Shown in pieces: positions 9,043 through 18,130 of a stretch of 32,000 nt of DNA. Source of the stretch: Planctopirus limnophila DSM 3776 (lineage in GTDB: Bacteria > Planctomycetota > Planctomycetia > Planctomycetales > Planctomycetaceae); assembly GCF_000092105.1 (NCBI RefSeq), contig NC_014149.1:1-32000 (forward strand). Direction: 5' to 3'. A model generated the notes under the pieces. It made no database searches. It was given only the letters and a program-made list of their open reading frames with translations, and was not told where the DNA came from. Position 1 is the stretch's first letter. Each line of letters starts with the position of its first letter. Both the position numbers and the translations under genes were made by a program.

Positions 9043-9348
9043 ATGCAGGAAGAACAACTTTTCAGCGTCAAGCTGACCAGCTCGCGAGCGGGCAACGGGG
9101 TCGCCCATGAAAAGGGAGACGTGATCGACGTTCCCCTGGCCCGGGCTCATCGCCTGATCACAGCTGGCCAGGCAAAGTATGTCGGCGAAGGGAAGCTGCC
9201 ACCTTACACGCCGCCAGCCCCTGTTCACGTTCCAGGGCCTGCTGCTCCTGAGAACGATGAAGACGACAGCGATGCCGATGATGGCGGCGAAGAAATCGCC
9301 AATACCGAAGGCAAGTCGAAGCTGCGGTCGAGAAAGGCCGCAAAGTAA
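9043..9348 (+). CDS. Hypothetical head-module protein with an acidic/Pro-rich C-terminus
   Basis: GAGGA lies 8 nt upstream of the ATG. The codon bias resembles that of the neighbouring genes. Confidence 0.5.
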   Translation: MQEEQLFSVKLTSSRAGNGVAHEKGDVIDVPLARAHRLITAGQAKYVGEGKLPPYTPPAPVHVPGPAAPENDEDDSDADDGGEEIANTEGKSKLRSRKAAK

Positions 9349-9394
9349 TTGAAGGCCAAAACCCCAGAGTAAAGTTCGCGGGCGGCAATTCACC

Positions 9395-9982
9395 ATGAAG
9401 CATCATCTCACCCACGGTCGCGTTGTTACGACAATTGCACCGGCAGACGAGCCGATCACACTGGCGGACCTCAAACGCCAGATCCGTGTCGATACGTCTG
9501 ATGAGGATGATCAGCTCACGGCCTATATCAAAGCCGCCCGCGAACTTCTGGAGGAACACACCGAGCGGGCTCTCGTCACGCAGACACGCCAGCTCTATCT
9601 CGATCGATTCCCCAGTTGCCAGACCATTGAGATCCCCTGCACGCCGGTGACCTCGATCGAGTCGATTGAATACATCGATCCCACTGGTCAGCTGCAGGAG
9701 CTCGATCCCTCCAGTTATGTGGCCGATCTTGTCTCCAGTCCGGCCCGCATTCGTCCAGCGTATGGACGTTTCTGGCCTGCGATCCGGTACCAGATGAACG
9801 CCGTGATTGTCACCTTCGAGGCAGGCCAGGATGTTGACGAGGTCCCAGAGCGAGCGAAGCAGGCGATCCGTCTGCTGGCTGGCCATTGGTACGCCAACCG
9901 CGAAACCGTCCTGATTGGCACGATCTCCAAAGAGGTCGAGTTTTCATTCAACGCTCTGGCTGGTCAGTTGAGGTGGCACTGA
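9395..9982 (+). CDS. Head-tail connector protein (gp6-like)
   Basis: ITLADLKRQIRVDTSDEDDQLTAYIKAARELLEEHTERAL matches the classic gp6-like connector N-terminal motif. Confidence 0.75.
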   Translation: MKHHLTHGRVVTTIAPADEPITLADLKRQIRVDTSDEDDQLTAYIKAARELLEEHTERALVTQTRQLYLDRFPSCQTIEIPCTPVTSIESIEYIDPTGQLQELDPSSYVADLVSSPARIRPAYGRFWPAIRYQMNAVIVTFEAGQDVDEVPERAKQAIRLLAGHWYANRETVLIGTISKEVEFSFNALAGQLRWH

Positions 9983-10317
9983 TGGCACCGGCTGGCAAGT
10001 ATCGCGATCGAGTGCGCTTCGAGTCATTCACAGCGACCCCTGATGCCAGTGGTCAACTGGTGGAAACGTGGCAGACGCTGGGGACATTCTGGGCCGAGGT
10101 CAACGCAGTCTCAGGTTCGGAGTCATTCCGCGGCCGCAAGATTCAGGGGCGTGTCTCTCACCTCGTGAGAGTTCGCGTCAACTCACTCACGCGGCAGATT
10201 ACTAATCGTCACCGCATGATCATTCATGGCCAGATTGTCTCGATCGCTTCCGTCTACGATCCCAACAATCGAGGCATCGAGATCGAAGTTCAGGGCGAGG
10301 AGCTGCTTGACTCATGA
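9982..10317 (+). CDS. Head closure / head-tail adaptor protein
   Basis: TGATG junction. The pattern YRDRVRFE...DASGQLVETWQTLGTFWAEVNAVSGSE...VRVR is typical of SPP1 gp16-type/HK97-type head-closure proteins. Confidence 0.7.
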   Translation: MAPAGKYRDRVRFESFTATPDASGQLVETWQTLGTFWAEVNAVSGSESFRGRKIQGRVSHLVRVRVNSLTRQITNRHRMIIHGQIVSIASVYDPNNRGIEIEVQGEELLDS

Positions 10318-10949
10318 GTGCTGCTGCTGCCCTGGGTCGCCAGCTGCTGCTGGAATTGTCCGGCGATCGGCAGTTGTTGAAAACCTTCGATCGACTGAGC
10401 ACCACTGCTCAAGCCAAGGCTGCCCGACGCGGTCTGGCGGCTGGGCTGAAGGTCGTGACCAAGGCCCAGAAGAATGCTGTGCCTTCCGTGAAAACCAAAG
10501 GCCATTCGACCAAGCGGCTGAAGGCGGGGATTCGCGGCCGGCAGATGCGAGTCAAGAAGGCGAACCTGTACGAAGCCAAGTCGGGGGTGAACGTCGGCAA
10601 GCGCTCGAGGCGCAGCAAATACTCTCAGGCCAAAGGGAATCTCAGCCGGGCCCCTCACCTGCATCTCTTTGTGCTGGGGACCCAGCCGCGATTCACTGGA
10701 TCGACCAGCCGCAAGGTTCGCGGTCAATCCACAGGCACTCGCAAGGATGGCACTGCCTTTGTTCGCGGGAAGCATAAGCCAGGCACGATCATCCGCAAGC
10801 AGACCGGCAAGCCGAAACGGTTTCGCGGCCGCATGCCTGGAAGCTCGTTTTTGAACTTTGCTCAGGCCACTTCACTCTCAGCCACTCAATCCGCCGTGAT
10901 CGATGCCATGCGTCAGGCGATCCTCACCGAAGCGACGAAAGGGAAATGA
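10314..10949 (+). CDS. HK97 gp10-like tail-attachment protein (long basic C-terminal extension)
   Basis: ATGA overlap. The N-terminus resembles the gp10 family (LLLELSG...AAKAARRGLAAGLKVVTKAQKNAVP). Confidence 0.55.
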   Translation: MSAAAALGRQLLLELSGDRQLLKTFDRLSTTAQAKAARRGLAAGLKVVTKAQKNAVPSVKTKGHSTKRLKAGIRGRQMRVKKANLYEAKSGVNVGKRSRRSKYSQAKGNLSRAPHLHLFVLGTQPRFTGSTSRKVRGQSTGTRKDGTAFVRGKHKPGTIIRKQTGKPKRFRGRMPGSSFLNFAQATSLSATQSAVIDAMRQAILTEATKGK

Positions 10950-10950
10950 G

Positions 10951-11379
10951 ATGTCGATCGAAGCCGCCATGCGTGGAGTGCTGGTCGCAGCGACTGGTGT
11001 CGCGAACATCGTCGCCACCAACAGCACCAGCAACGACAAAGCCATTCGCCCGGAACGTCTGGCTCAGACCGACTCTTATCCGGCCATCGAAATCCAGATC
11101 ACTTCCGAGACGCATCAGGAAGATCTGGGCGGGTGGGATGGCACGAGTGATGTGGAGGTCACGCTCTTCTGCGTGGCCGAGACAGCGCAACAAGCCGCCG
11201 CTCTTGTGAAGGCTGTTCGCCAGACTCTGACCTCGATCAGCAATGTCAGCAGTGTCCACGGTCGCATTGAGAGCGTGGTGCTGACAGACACTGAGGGAAG
11301 TTATGAGCCTGAGGCGGACGGCAGTGACGAAGGGGTTTATGTGAAAGCCCTGAGCTGCAGTGTCTGGTTCGTGGAGTGA
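10951..11379 (+). CDS. Tail terminator / tail completion protein (DUF3168-like)
   Basis: The ATG is 1 nt after the upstream stop. The call rests on its position before the tail tube gene and on the IRPERLAQTDSYPAIEIQI pattern. Confidence 0.55.
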   Translation: MSIEAAMRGVLVAATGVANIVATNSTSNDKAIRPERLAQTDSYPAIEIQITSETHQEDLGGWDGTSDVEVTLFCVAETAQQAAALVKAVRQTLTSISNVSSVHGRIESVVLTDTEGSYEPEADGSDEGVYVKALSCSVWFVE

Positions 11380-11386
11380 GGTTTTC

Positions 11387-11800
11387 ATGAGCAACAAAGT
11401 CGCGTCCAAAGGTACCAAGCTGCAACTCTCTGTCGCCTCGGTCTACACCGATATTGGCGGGGTCAGCAAGATTGACTATCCCGATCGGGAAGTCGAACAC
11501 TGGGATGCCACCGACCTGGACTCGGATGAACGCGAAGATGGCGAACTGACTGGCCTGGTCACTCCCGGCATGATCAGCGGCGAACTCTTCTACGATCCCG
11601 ATGACGAGCTCCATCAGGAACTGGAAGATCTGCTGGCCACTCCGACCTATCGTGATTGGCGGATCCGCAAAGGGACGCGAGTCGTGACCGTCAACGGATC
11701 ATTGAAAAAGTTTCAGCCATCATCGGCTGTGGGCGATGGCATGAAGGCCACCTTCGAAATCAAGTGCCGCACGAAGCCCGTGATTTCCACCGTAGCCTAA
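11387..11800 (+). CDS. Major tail (tube) protein
   Basis: MSNKVASKGTKLQLS...WDATDLDSDEREDGELTGLVTPGMISGELFYDP resembles TP901-1/phi13-type tail tube proteins. The gene sits upstream of the chaperone pair. Confidence 0.65.
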   Translation: MSNKVASKGTKLQLSVASVYTDIGGVSKIDYPDREVEHWDATDLDSDEREDGELTGLVTPGMISGELFYDPDDELHQELEDLLATPTYRDWRIRKGTRVVTVNGSLKKFQPSSAVGDGMKATFEIKCRTKPVISTVA

Positions 11801-11872
11801 TCTTCGGATTGATCCCCAGACGCGACTCCATTTCGTTGTTCCATCACTGACGGTTTCCAGCAAGGTGAGTCC

Positions 11873-12172
11873 ATGAAAGCCAAGCTCATTCGAGATGCCG
11901 ACGGCCCGAACCCAGACTTCGACCCGAAGCAGAAAGTCTCTGCCACCAATCAGCCGCACGTGGTGATTCCCAAAGGAACCATCATTGAAGGGGAGAAGGC
12001 CTTCCGCCTTTGCCAGGGCTCGAATCCTGTGGCCGAGCCAGAGGACGATGATTGCAAGGCAGTCATTGCCGAATACCGCAAGAAGCGTGTGGCGATTCAT
12101 CAGCAGCGGGCCGCTGAGCGAGTCGCAGAGAAAGCAGCAGAGAAAGCCGAGACCTCTCGCAAAGGCAGGTAA
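11873..12172 (+). CDS. Hypothetical protein
   Basis: AAGGTGA Shine-Dalgarno upstream of the ATG. No recognisable motif. Confidence 0.4.
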   Translation: MKAKLIRDADGPNPDFDPKQKVSATNQPHVVIPKGTIIEGEKAFRLCQGSNPVAEPEDDDCKAVIAEYRKKRVAIHQQRAAERVAEKAAEKAETSRKGR

Positions 12173-12214
12173 TCCAGACGCTCTCCCCGGGCCCATGATT
12201 CACTGAAGTCCTTT

Positions 12215-12634
12215 ATGCGAAAGCCAGCCATGACCGAGAAAGCCAAGCCCGTCAAGCTCCTGACTGCGGATCTCCTCAAGCGACCTGCCCAGCGCGTGAT
12301 TGTGAAATGCCGGGTGCCGGACGACTTCCACGATCCCGACATTGCCGGAAGCATTTTCTTCGTGAGACGAATGAAGGCGGGAGAACGTGGCCGGTATGAA
12401 ATGCAGTTCAAGAATAGCAAAAGCGGTCAGCTCATTTCGGGCCGGGCCGCTGAGGTCCGTGAGCGTCTCATCATCCAGACGCTCTGCGACAGGGAGGGCA
12501 ATCTGCTCCTGGGCAAGGATGACCTGCAGCAGCTCAAGCAGATGGACAGCGTGCTGGCAGACCTGATTGTCAACAAGGCTCAGGAAGTGAATCAGGTCAG
12601 CGAGGAAGATCTTGAGGAACTGGCGGGAAACTGA
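12215..12634 (+). CDS. Tail assembly chaperone (gpG-like)
   Basis: Position immediately before the tape measure gene. It ends with slippery G GGA AAC followed by TGA. An alternative start is at 12230. Confidence 0.65.
   Translation: MRKPAMTEKAKPVKLLTADLLKRPAQRVIVKCRVPDDFHDPDIAGSIFFVRRMKAGERGRYEMQFKNSKSGQLISGRAAEVRERLIIQTLCDREGNLLLGKDDLQQLKQMDSVLADLIVNKAQEVNQVSEEDLEELAGN
12625..12631 (+). promoter_or_regulatory. Programmed -1 ribosomal frameshift slippery heptamer G_GGA_AAC
   Basis: A canonical X_XXY_YYZ heptamer in the 0 frame, directly before the gpG-like stop. The -1 frame reads GGG AAA CTG AGA GCT GAC CCG GGC CGC ATG straight into the 12652 ORF. Confidence 0.75.
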
Positions 12635-12651
12635 GAGCTGACCCGGGCCGC

Positions 12652-12990
12652 ATGTTCGCCATGCGGCTGGCTCTCGCCATGCGGCGGGTCGATGTCGACG
12701 CGATGCTGGATGAGATGGAACCGGAAGATCTGCGGGAGTGGCAGGCCTTCGCTTCGATCGATCCTTTTGACGAGGAGCGTGCCGATCTGAGGAACGGAAT
12801 TCTGATTGCGAATCTGGGGGCGATGCTGGCACCGTTCTGTGGCAGCCATCTGGCCGAGCTCAGGCCGGTGCAGTTCATGCCGTTCAGTCAGCAGTCAGAT
12901 GTGATTTCCACAGAAATCAGTGAGGAGCAGGAGCGGCTCAACTGGGCCAACCTGGAAGCGGCCGTGGCCATGATGTCCGACAGCAAGTGA
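12652..12990 (+). CDS. Tail assembly chaperone T-part (DUF4035-like), probably made as a G-T fusion by -1 frameshift
   Basis: LALAMRRVDVDAMLDEMEPEDLREWQAFASIDPFDEERADLRNGILIANL resembles the gpT/DUF4035 pattern. The ORF lies in the -1 frame relative to 12215-12634. Confidence 0.7.
   Translation: MFAMRLALAMRRVDVDAMLDEMEPEDLREWQAFASIDPFDEERADLRNGILIANLGAMLAPFCGSHLAELRPVQFMPFSQQSDVISTEISEEQERLNWANLEAAVAMMSDSK
12902..12919. repeat. Palindrome TGATTTC-N4-GAAATCA, copy 3 (spacer CACA), inside the gpT-like ORF
   Basis: Exact arms, translated as V-I-S-T-E-I-S. It lies 80 nt upstream of the tape measure start. Confidence 0.9.
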
Positions 12991-12998
12991 GGTGAATT

Positions 12999-14723
12999 GT
13001 GGCAACTGCTGGAATCCTCGTGACCAAGCTGGTCAGCAACACGGCAGGCTTCGGGCCACCCATCAAGGCGGCTGGCCGCGATGTCTCGCAGTTTGCCGGC
13101 ATCGTGGAGGGAACACGCTCTCGACTCGGCGGCCTGGTCGCTGCAGGAGCAGGAGCACTGGGAATCACCAGCCTGGCCGGCGCTCTCGGGTTTGGGATCA
13201 AGCTGGCCGCCGACGCCGAGCAGGCCGAGGTGGCGTTCGGAACATTGTTCCAATCGACGGACAAGGCCAAGGCGATGCTGGGCCAGCTCAATCAGTTTGC
13301 GGCCGAGACTCCGTTCGAGTCTCCGGAACTGGTCAGTGCTGCCCGCATGCTGGCCTCGTTCGGTACTCAGGCGGGGGACATCGTGCCCAACCTGAGAAGA
13401 ATTGGCGACGTGGCCGCCGGCACAGGTCAGCCGATCGCCGAGCTGGCTGAGCTGTACGGCAAAGCCAAAGTGCAGGGACGGTTGATGGGTGAAGACATCA
13501 ACCAGTTGACGGGCCGCGGCATTCCAATCATCGGCCAATTGGCGAAGCAGTTCGGCGTGGCTGAGAGCGAAGTCAAGAAGCTGGTCGAACAGGGGAAGGT
13601 CGGCTTCCCGCAACTCGAACAAGCCTTCATCGACATGACCTCGAATGGTGGCATGTTCGCGGGGATGATGCAGGCACAGAGCCAGACTCTGACCGGCATG
13701 ACGTCCACGTTGATGGATAACGCCAAGGGGCTGCTCAGGTCCTTTGGAGCGGAAGTCATTGCGGCATTCGACTTGAAGGGAGGTCTGGCTTCCGGGATTG
13801 AATTCATTGCCTCGCTGCAGTCGGGCTTTGATACGATTCGTCCATTGATCCAGCAGACGGGCAACGTCTGGCGAGCCTTCGTCGGGTTCATGGGTGCCGG
13901 CTGGTCTGGCCTCATGGGCGAGATCACATCGAGCACTGGCAGCACGTTTGGCGGCATCACCAACTGGATCATGGAAGCCCTGGTCATGGGTGAGTTTCTG
14001 TTTCAGAACTTTGGCGATGTGATCTATCGGACGTTCATTGCTGCCCAGCTTTCGGCCGTCACGTTCTTCAACGAGATGGTGCATTTCTTCTCGGTCGCCA
14101 TCCCGGAATACATCCGCTGGTTTGGCGATAACTTTCCTGAGATCTTCATGACGGCTGCTGACACGGTGCTGACAGTCCTGATCAATCTCGGTGAGAACAT
14201 CCGCAACATCTTCAGCGAGATCTGGAAGTTCATTTCCTCGGGTGGATCGGATGGGCTGAACTTTGACCTGAAGCCATTGACCGAGGGTATCCACAACTCA
14301 ATCCGGGAAATGCCCAACGTCCCGGAGCGTGTGGTCAGCGAGACCGAGGCGGCCTTGCAGAGCCAGCTCAATGATATGGATCAGCAGTTGGGTCAACGCT
14401 ACGGCGAGCTCGATCGCCAGCGGGCCAACGCGATGCAGGCACAATCTGCTGCGACGGCCGAGCTGCTTCCGTCAGATCCAGCCAACCCGGCTGCAGCCGG
14501 AGCAGCAGCCAACAAGAACGCGAAAGCCGCTCTCGGTGCATCTGCTTTCGCCGGCACTCAAGAGGCTTATGCGATCATCGCCAAGGCCAGCGCCGGCCCG
14601 CAGAAGAAGCTCGAGGCGGAAGCCAAGAAGACCAACGAGCAGCTCAAGCAAGCCGTGACTCATCTGGGCACGATCGCTGAATCGGTTTCGCAACCTGTGA
14701 CTCAAGATGTGGTGGACTTCTGA
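12999..14723 (+). CDS. Tail tape measure protein
   Basis: GTG start with GAGGTGA upstream. The core motif is FAAETPFESPELVSAARMLASFG...GRLMGEDINQLTGRGIPII. Gly/Ala/Met-rich hydrophobic segments follow. Confidence 0.9.
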   Translation: MATAGILVTKLVSNTAGFGPPIKAAGRDVSQFAGIVEGTRSRLGGLVAAGAGALGITSLAGALGFGIKLAADAEQAEVAFGTLFQSTDKAKAMLGQLNQFAAETPFESPELVSAARMLASFGTQAGDIVPNLRRIGDVAAGTGQPIAELAELYGKAKVQGRLMGEDINQLTGRGIPIIGQLAKQFGVAESEVKKLVEQGKVGFPQLEQAFIDMTSNGGMFAGMMQAQSQTLTGMTSTLMDNAKGLLRSFGAEVIAAFDLKGGLASGIEFIASLQSGFDTIRPLIQQTGNVWRAFVGFMGAGWSGLMGEITSSTGSTFGGITNWIMEALVMGEFLFQNFGDVIYRTFIAAQLSAVTFFNEMVHFFSVAIPEYIRWFGDNFPEIFMTAADTVLTVLINLGENIRNIFSEIWKFISSGGSDGLNFDLKPLTEGIHNSIREMPNVPERVVSETEAALQSQLNDMDQQLGQRYGELDRQRANAMQAQSAATAELLPSDPANPAAAGAAANKNAKAALGASAFAGTQEAYAIIAKASAGPQKKLEAEAKKTNEQLKQAVTHLGTIAESVSQPVTQDVVDF

Positions 14724-15616
14724 TGGCTTCGATTGTGGATGTAGAACGTCTGTTCGGTCGCGGGTTCGACGTCACCATTGATCCGAGCTCGAAGGTCACG
14801 CGCAACTATAAGCGAAAGCTCAGGCTGAGAGTTGATGAAAACCTTGACCCAGACCAAGTGGCGAATCTCTACGGAGTCGAGCAGTTCTACACGCATCCCC
14901 GCGACCCGTTCGCGTTCTTGCGCAAGCTGAGCTGCACCGATGTGCCCGACAAGATCGATCCCTGGGTCTACGAGCTGAATCTCGAATACTCGACGGATCA
15001 GCCCGACCTGCAGGAGCAGCCACCCAAAGAGCCAGGCGAATCCGATGATCCGCTCCTCGATCCCATGGAGATCGAGTGGCAGAGTGAAGAGACACAGACG
15101 ATTAAGTTCCGCGATCGCGACAATCGACCATTCCTCAACACGGCGGGGGATGTCATCGAGTCACCGCCACCCATTCCCGACTCGACACTGAAGCTGGTCG
15201 TGACTCGCAACGAAGCCTATTACGATCCGGCCCGGGCCAGGTTCTTTGGCAACACGATCAACCAGCATGCGTTCTACGGTTGTGAGCCTGGTCAGCTCAG
15301 GCTGCATCCCTTCGGTTCGAAGCAGAGCCGGCGGAATGGTCGCATCTACTGGCCACACACATACATCATGGAGTTCAAGCAAGATGGCTGGCAGCCGAAG
15401 CAGATCTCGGCCGGTTACCGCGAACTGGTCGACGGCCAGCTGACACGGATCAAGGATCCGGAGACTCGCAACGACGTCAGCGAACCGATTCCCCTGGATG
15501 CTGATGGGCGAGCCATTCCAGCGGAAGACCTCAAGGCCAACCCGGATCTCGCCGTCTACATCGAATTCACAGGCTTTCGCGAAACCGACTTTGCCCAGCT
15601 CGGTCTCAACCTGTAG
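14723..15616 (+). CDS. Minor tail protein (distal-tail position; function unassigned)
   Basis: TGATG junction with the tape measure gene. No motif recognised. Confidence 0.5.
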   Translation: MASIVDVERLFGRGFDVTIDPSSKVTRNYKRKLRLRVDENLDPDQVANLYGVEQFYTHPRDPFAFLRKLSCTDVPDKIDPWVYELNLEYSTDQPDLQEQPPKEPGESDDPLLDPMEIEWQSEETQTIKFRDRDNRPFLNTAGDVIESPPPIPDSTLKLVVTRNEAYYDPARARFFGNTINQHAFYGCEPGQLRLHPFGSKQSRRNGRIYWPHTYIMEFKQDGWQPKQISAGYRELVDGQLTRIKDPETRNDVSEPIPLDADGRAIPAEDLKANPDLAVYIEFTGFRETDFAQLGLNL

Positions 15617-15649
15617 CGCAACGGTGCAGCCTCAGGTGAGGAGCTGAGC

Positions 15650-17374
15650 ATGGCTGTGAAAGTTGCAGATCGCGTTCTCGAAACCACGAACACCACAGGG
15701 ACTGGCAGCTTCCAGCTGCTGGGGACTCAGACTGGTTTTGTGCGGTTTCGCGACGGCGGGATTCTGACAGGCGAGCAGGTCTATTATGTGGCCGAACATC
15801 CCACGCTGGATGAGTGGGAAGTTGGCGTCGGCACGTTGACCACGGGCACTCCCGATGTGCTGGCCCGGGTGCAGATCCTGAGCAGCTCGAATGCCGGTTC
15901 GGCAGTCAGCTTTTCACCCGGCCGCAAACGCATCCGCTGCACGTTGCCGGCAGAGGCCTTGGAAGATTACGGCGATCTCTTAGGGCAAATCAATTCACAC
16001 GCCTCACGTCACAAGCATGGCGGGGCGGATGAAGTGGCCACAGCTACGCCAGCAGCCAATGCGATCCCCAAAGCCGGGGCGGGTGGCAGCCTGGCAGATG
16101 GCTGGATTCCCTCACTGGCCATCAGCAAAACCACTGGCCTGCAGGCGGCACTGGACGCTAAGGCAGCTCTGTCTCACAATCACGGCGATGCCGATCTAAT
16201 AGCCCTCGATGCTGCCAAGCTGACCGGCACGATTGATCCAGCTCGTTTGCCAGTGCTCCCCAGTTCGGTGCAGATCGTGTCGAGTGGCGGAATTGCTGAC
16301 CTGACCTCTCCCCAGCAGGCAGAGATCGGGGACGGCTCGATCGTCACCACGACCGATGGGCGACGATGGGTCTATACAGGATCCGGGAGCAAGACCTCCG
16401 AGGCCAGCTATATCGAGCTGGCAGACCTCACTCCGGAATGGAGTGTCATTGCCAACAAGCCCGCGATCCTCACTGCGATCGATGCCCTGTCTGCGGCTGG
16501 AATCATTGCCCGCACAGGAGCAGGCACAGTCGCAGCTCGCACCATCACACAGGGAACAGGCGTCACTGTCACGAATGGCGATGGCGTCTCAGGTAATCCG
16601 ACGATTGCGATTGGTCAAGCGGTGGCGACGACAAGCGATGTGACTTTCAACACATTAACGACCACCAGCACGGCAAACGTGCAAGGATCAATGCGAGTTG
16701 GTTCAGCGGGGGCGGTGGGCAACGCCAGCTACATGATGCAGGTTGTGCAGAATGCAGCATCAACTCGCAATTTTGTTGTTGAGAATAGCAGCGGAACACA
16801 TAACGCGGGTTTTGTTGTCATTGCTGGTTCTCGAAACATGTCATTCACCCAAACGCCAAGCGGCGCTTCGGGCATGACTGTCACTGGTGGCGGCGATCTG
16901 CTTTTCAACATTGGATCGGCTGATCGACACTACATGCAGGCCGCTGGATCATTCCGAGACTTTGGTATTTCCTCTACACCAAGCGGCGTATCTGGATGGG
17001 CAACCCGATGGGCTGACACTTCTGGAAATTGGTATACGCGAGCGGGAACTGGCTCGATTTACCGCCTCGGAGCTCAAGGTCTGTTCGCGATCACCTACGG
17101 GGCGACGATCACTCCGGACGCGAACAACGGGCCGGTGCAGTCCTGCACGCTCACGGGGGCGGTGACAGTCGCTGCTCCAACAAACATGTCATCGGGTGAT
17201 TTCCTCAATCTGGTGCTCATCCAGGATGGCACTGGTGGCAGAGCAGTCACCCTTTCGGCTTTTTCCCTGACCAGCAACTCGGCGGCGATTGATACGACCG
17301 CCAATAAGCGGCAGGAAATTCAGATCCGCCGCGACGGTTCCATTTATCGAGCCCATGTTCTCGGGAGCTATTAA
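15650..17374 (+). CDS. Tail fibre-like protein
   Basis: GAGGAG Shine-Dalgarno. HASRHKHGGADEV and LDAAKLTGTIDPARLP resemble fibre repeat motifs. The C-terminal half is Gly/Thr/Ser/Ala-rich. Confidence 0.6.
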   Translation: MAVKVADRVLETTNTTGTGSFQLLGTQTGFVRFRDGGILTGEQVYYVAEHPTLDEWEVGVGTLTTGTPDVLARVQILSSSNAGSAVSFSPGRKRIRCTLPAEALEDYGDLLGQINSHASRHKHGGADEVATATPAANAIPKAGAGGSLADGWIPSLAISKTTGLQAALDAKAALSHNHGDADLIALDAAKLTGTIDPARLPVLPSSVQIVSSGGIADLTSPQQAEIGDGSIVTTTDGRRWVYTGSGSKTSEASYIELADLTPEWSVIANKPAILTAIDALSAAGIIARTGAGTVAARTITQGTGVTVTNGDGVSGNPTIAIGQAVATTSDVTFNTLTTTSTANVQGSMRVGSAGAVGNASYMMQVVQNAASTRNFVVENSSGTHNAGFVVIAGSRNMSFTQTPSGASGMTVTGGGDLLFNIGSADRHYMQAAGSFRDFGISSTPSGVSGWATRWADTSGNWYTRAGTGSIYRLGAQGLFAITYGATITPDANNGPVQSCTLTGAVTVAAPTNMSSGDFLNLVLIQDGTGGRAVTLSAFSLTSNSAAIDTTANKRQEIQIRRDGSIYRAHVLGSY

Positions 17375-17377
17375 GCC

Positions 17378-17734
17378 ATGCTTGCCCAACTCAACTTCCC
17401 CAATCCACTCGACCCGACTGGCAGCTATCCCAACGCATTCTGCTGGGCGGATGAGTTCTGCAATTTCACGCAAGAACGCAGGCTCTCGGCGGTCTTTAAG
17501 ATCTACGCTTCGCCCGAAGCCTACTTCACTGGAAAGCCTCCCGTGGCCTCACGGTCGATCACTGTTGAAGGGCAGGACTATCTCGACCTGCTGGCAGCCA
17601 ATGCTGCGGCCTTCACCAGTCTGGGTGATCTGCTGAGTACACACGCGAAAGAGAGCGTCCCCGAGTTCTCTGCCGCAGTCCAAGTGCCAACCACACTCCC
17701 AACCACCCTAGATCCAAGGCAACTGCCGGAATGA
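17378..17734 (+). CDS. Hypothetical protein (possible fibre accessory)
   Basis: Starts 3 nt after the fibre stop. The codon bias is consistent with neighbouring genes. Confidence 0.5.
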   Translation: MLAQLNFPNPLDPTGSYPNAFCWADEFCNFTQERRLSAVFKIYASPEAYFTGKPPVASRSITVEGQDYLDLLAANAAAFTSLGDLLSTHAKESVPEFSAAVQVPTTLPTTLDPRQLPE

Positions 17735-17955
17735 ACGATCACGAATTCACCATCTACATCAGGAATCTCGAAGCCCAGAGAAACACGGCGATGAACGCGA
17801 ACGCGGAGCTTTCGGCCCGCCTCTCGTCGGCTGTGCATCGTCTTCAGCAACTGGAGGCTGCCAACGCGGATCTCACTGCTCGCCTGCAAGCCTGCGAGCC
17901 AGCCAGTGAGTCAAACGAACCGGTCGCATCCACTGAAGAGGTGCCACAACCATAA
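17731..17955 (+). CDS. Small coiled-coil protein
   Basis: ATGA overlap. It has a heptad-like Leu/Ala/Asn-rich helix. Confidence 0.45.
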   Translation: MNDHEFTIYIRNLEAQRNTAMNANAELSARLSSAVHRLQQLEAANADLTARLQACEPASESNEPVASTEEVPQP

Positions 17956-18122
17956 TGCTCGGTAATGAGTCCATGTGTGAAGTCTCTGTGGGCGAACGTG
18001 TCCCGCGTGTCCCGGAAGTGGCAGCCAAGCTGGCAGACATCACAGAGACGCTCACGTTCCCCGTGACTGAGTTCGATGAACGAAACACAATTCAAGGCTC
18101 GATCATCGAGCAACCTGGTTAA
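17955..18122 (+). CDS. Small hypothetical ORF (55 aa, below the ORF-track cutoff)
   Basis: TAATG junction with the upstream gene. It fills the gap up to the AAGGTG Shine-Dalgarno of the next gene. Confidence 0.3.
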   Translation: MLGNESMCEVSVGERVPRVPEVAAKLADITETLTFPVTEFDERNTIQGSIIEQPG

Positions 18123-18130
18123 GGTGTTCC

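Noticed and set aside
11873-12172. The first ORF after the tail tube gene as the gpG-type chaperone.
   Set aside because: The slippery site and -1 overlap geometry belong to the next ORF pair (12215-12634 and 12652-12990). This ORF has no frameshift partner.
12888-14294. A 468-aa ORF on the minus strand, antisense to the tape measure gene. Similar long antisense ORFs occur at 5152-6216, 7207-8004, 9158-9886, 18119-18607 and 20344-21018.
   Set aside because: These are shadow ORFs typical of GC-rich coding DNA. They lie fully inside well-supported + strand genes. Their composition is Arg/Leu/Gly/His-rich and low in complexity, and they lack ribosome-binding sites and recognisable motifs.
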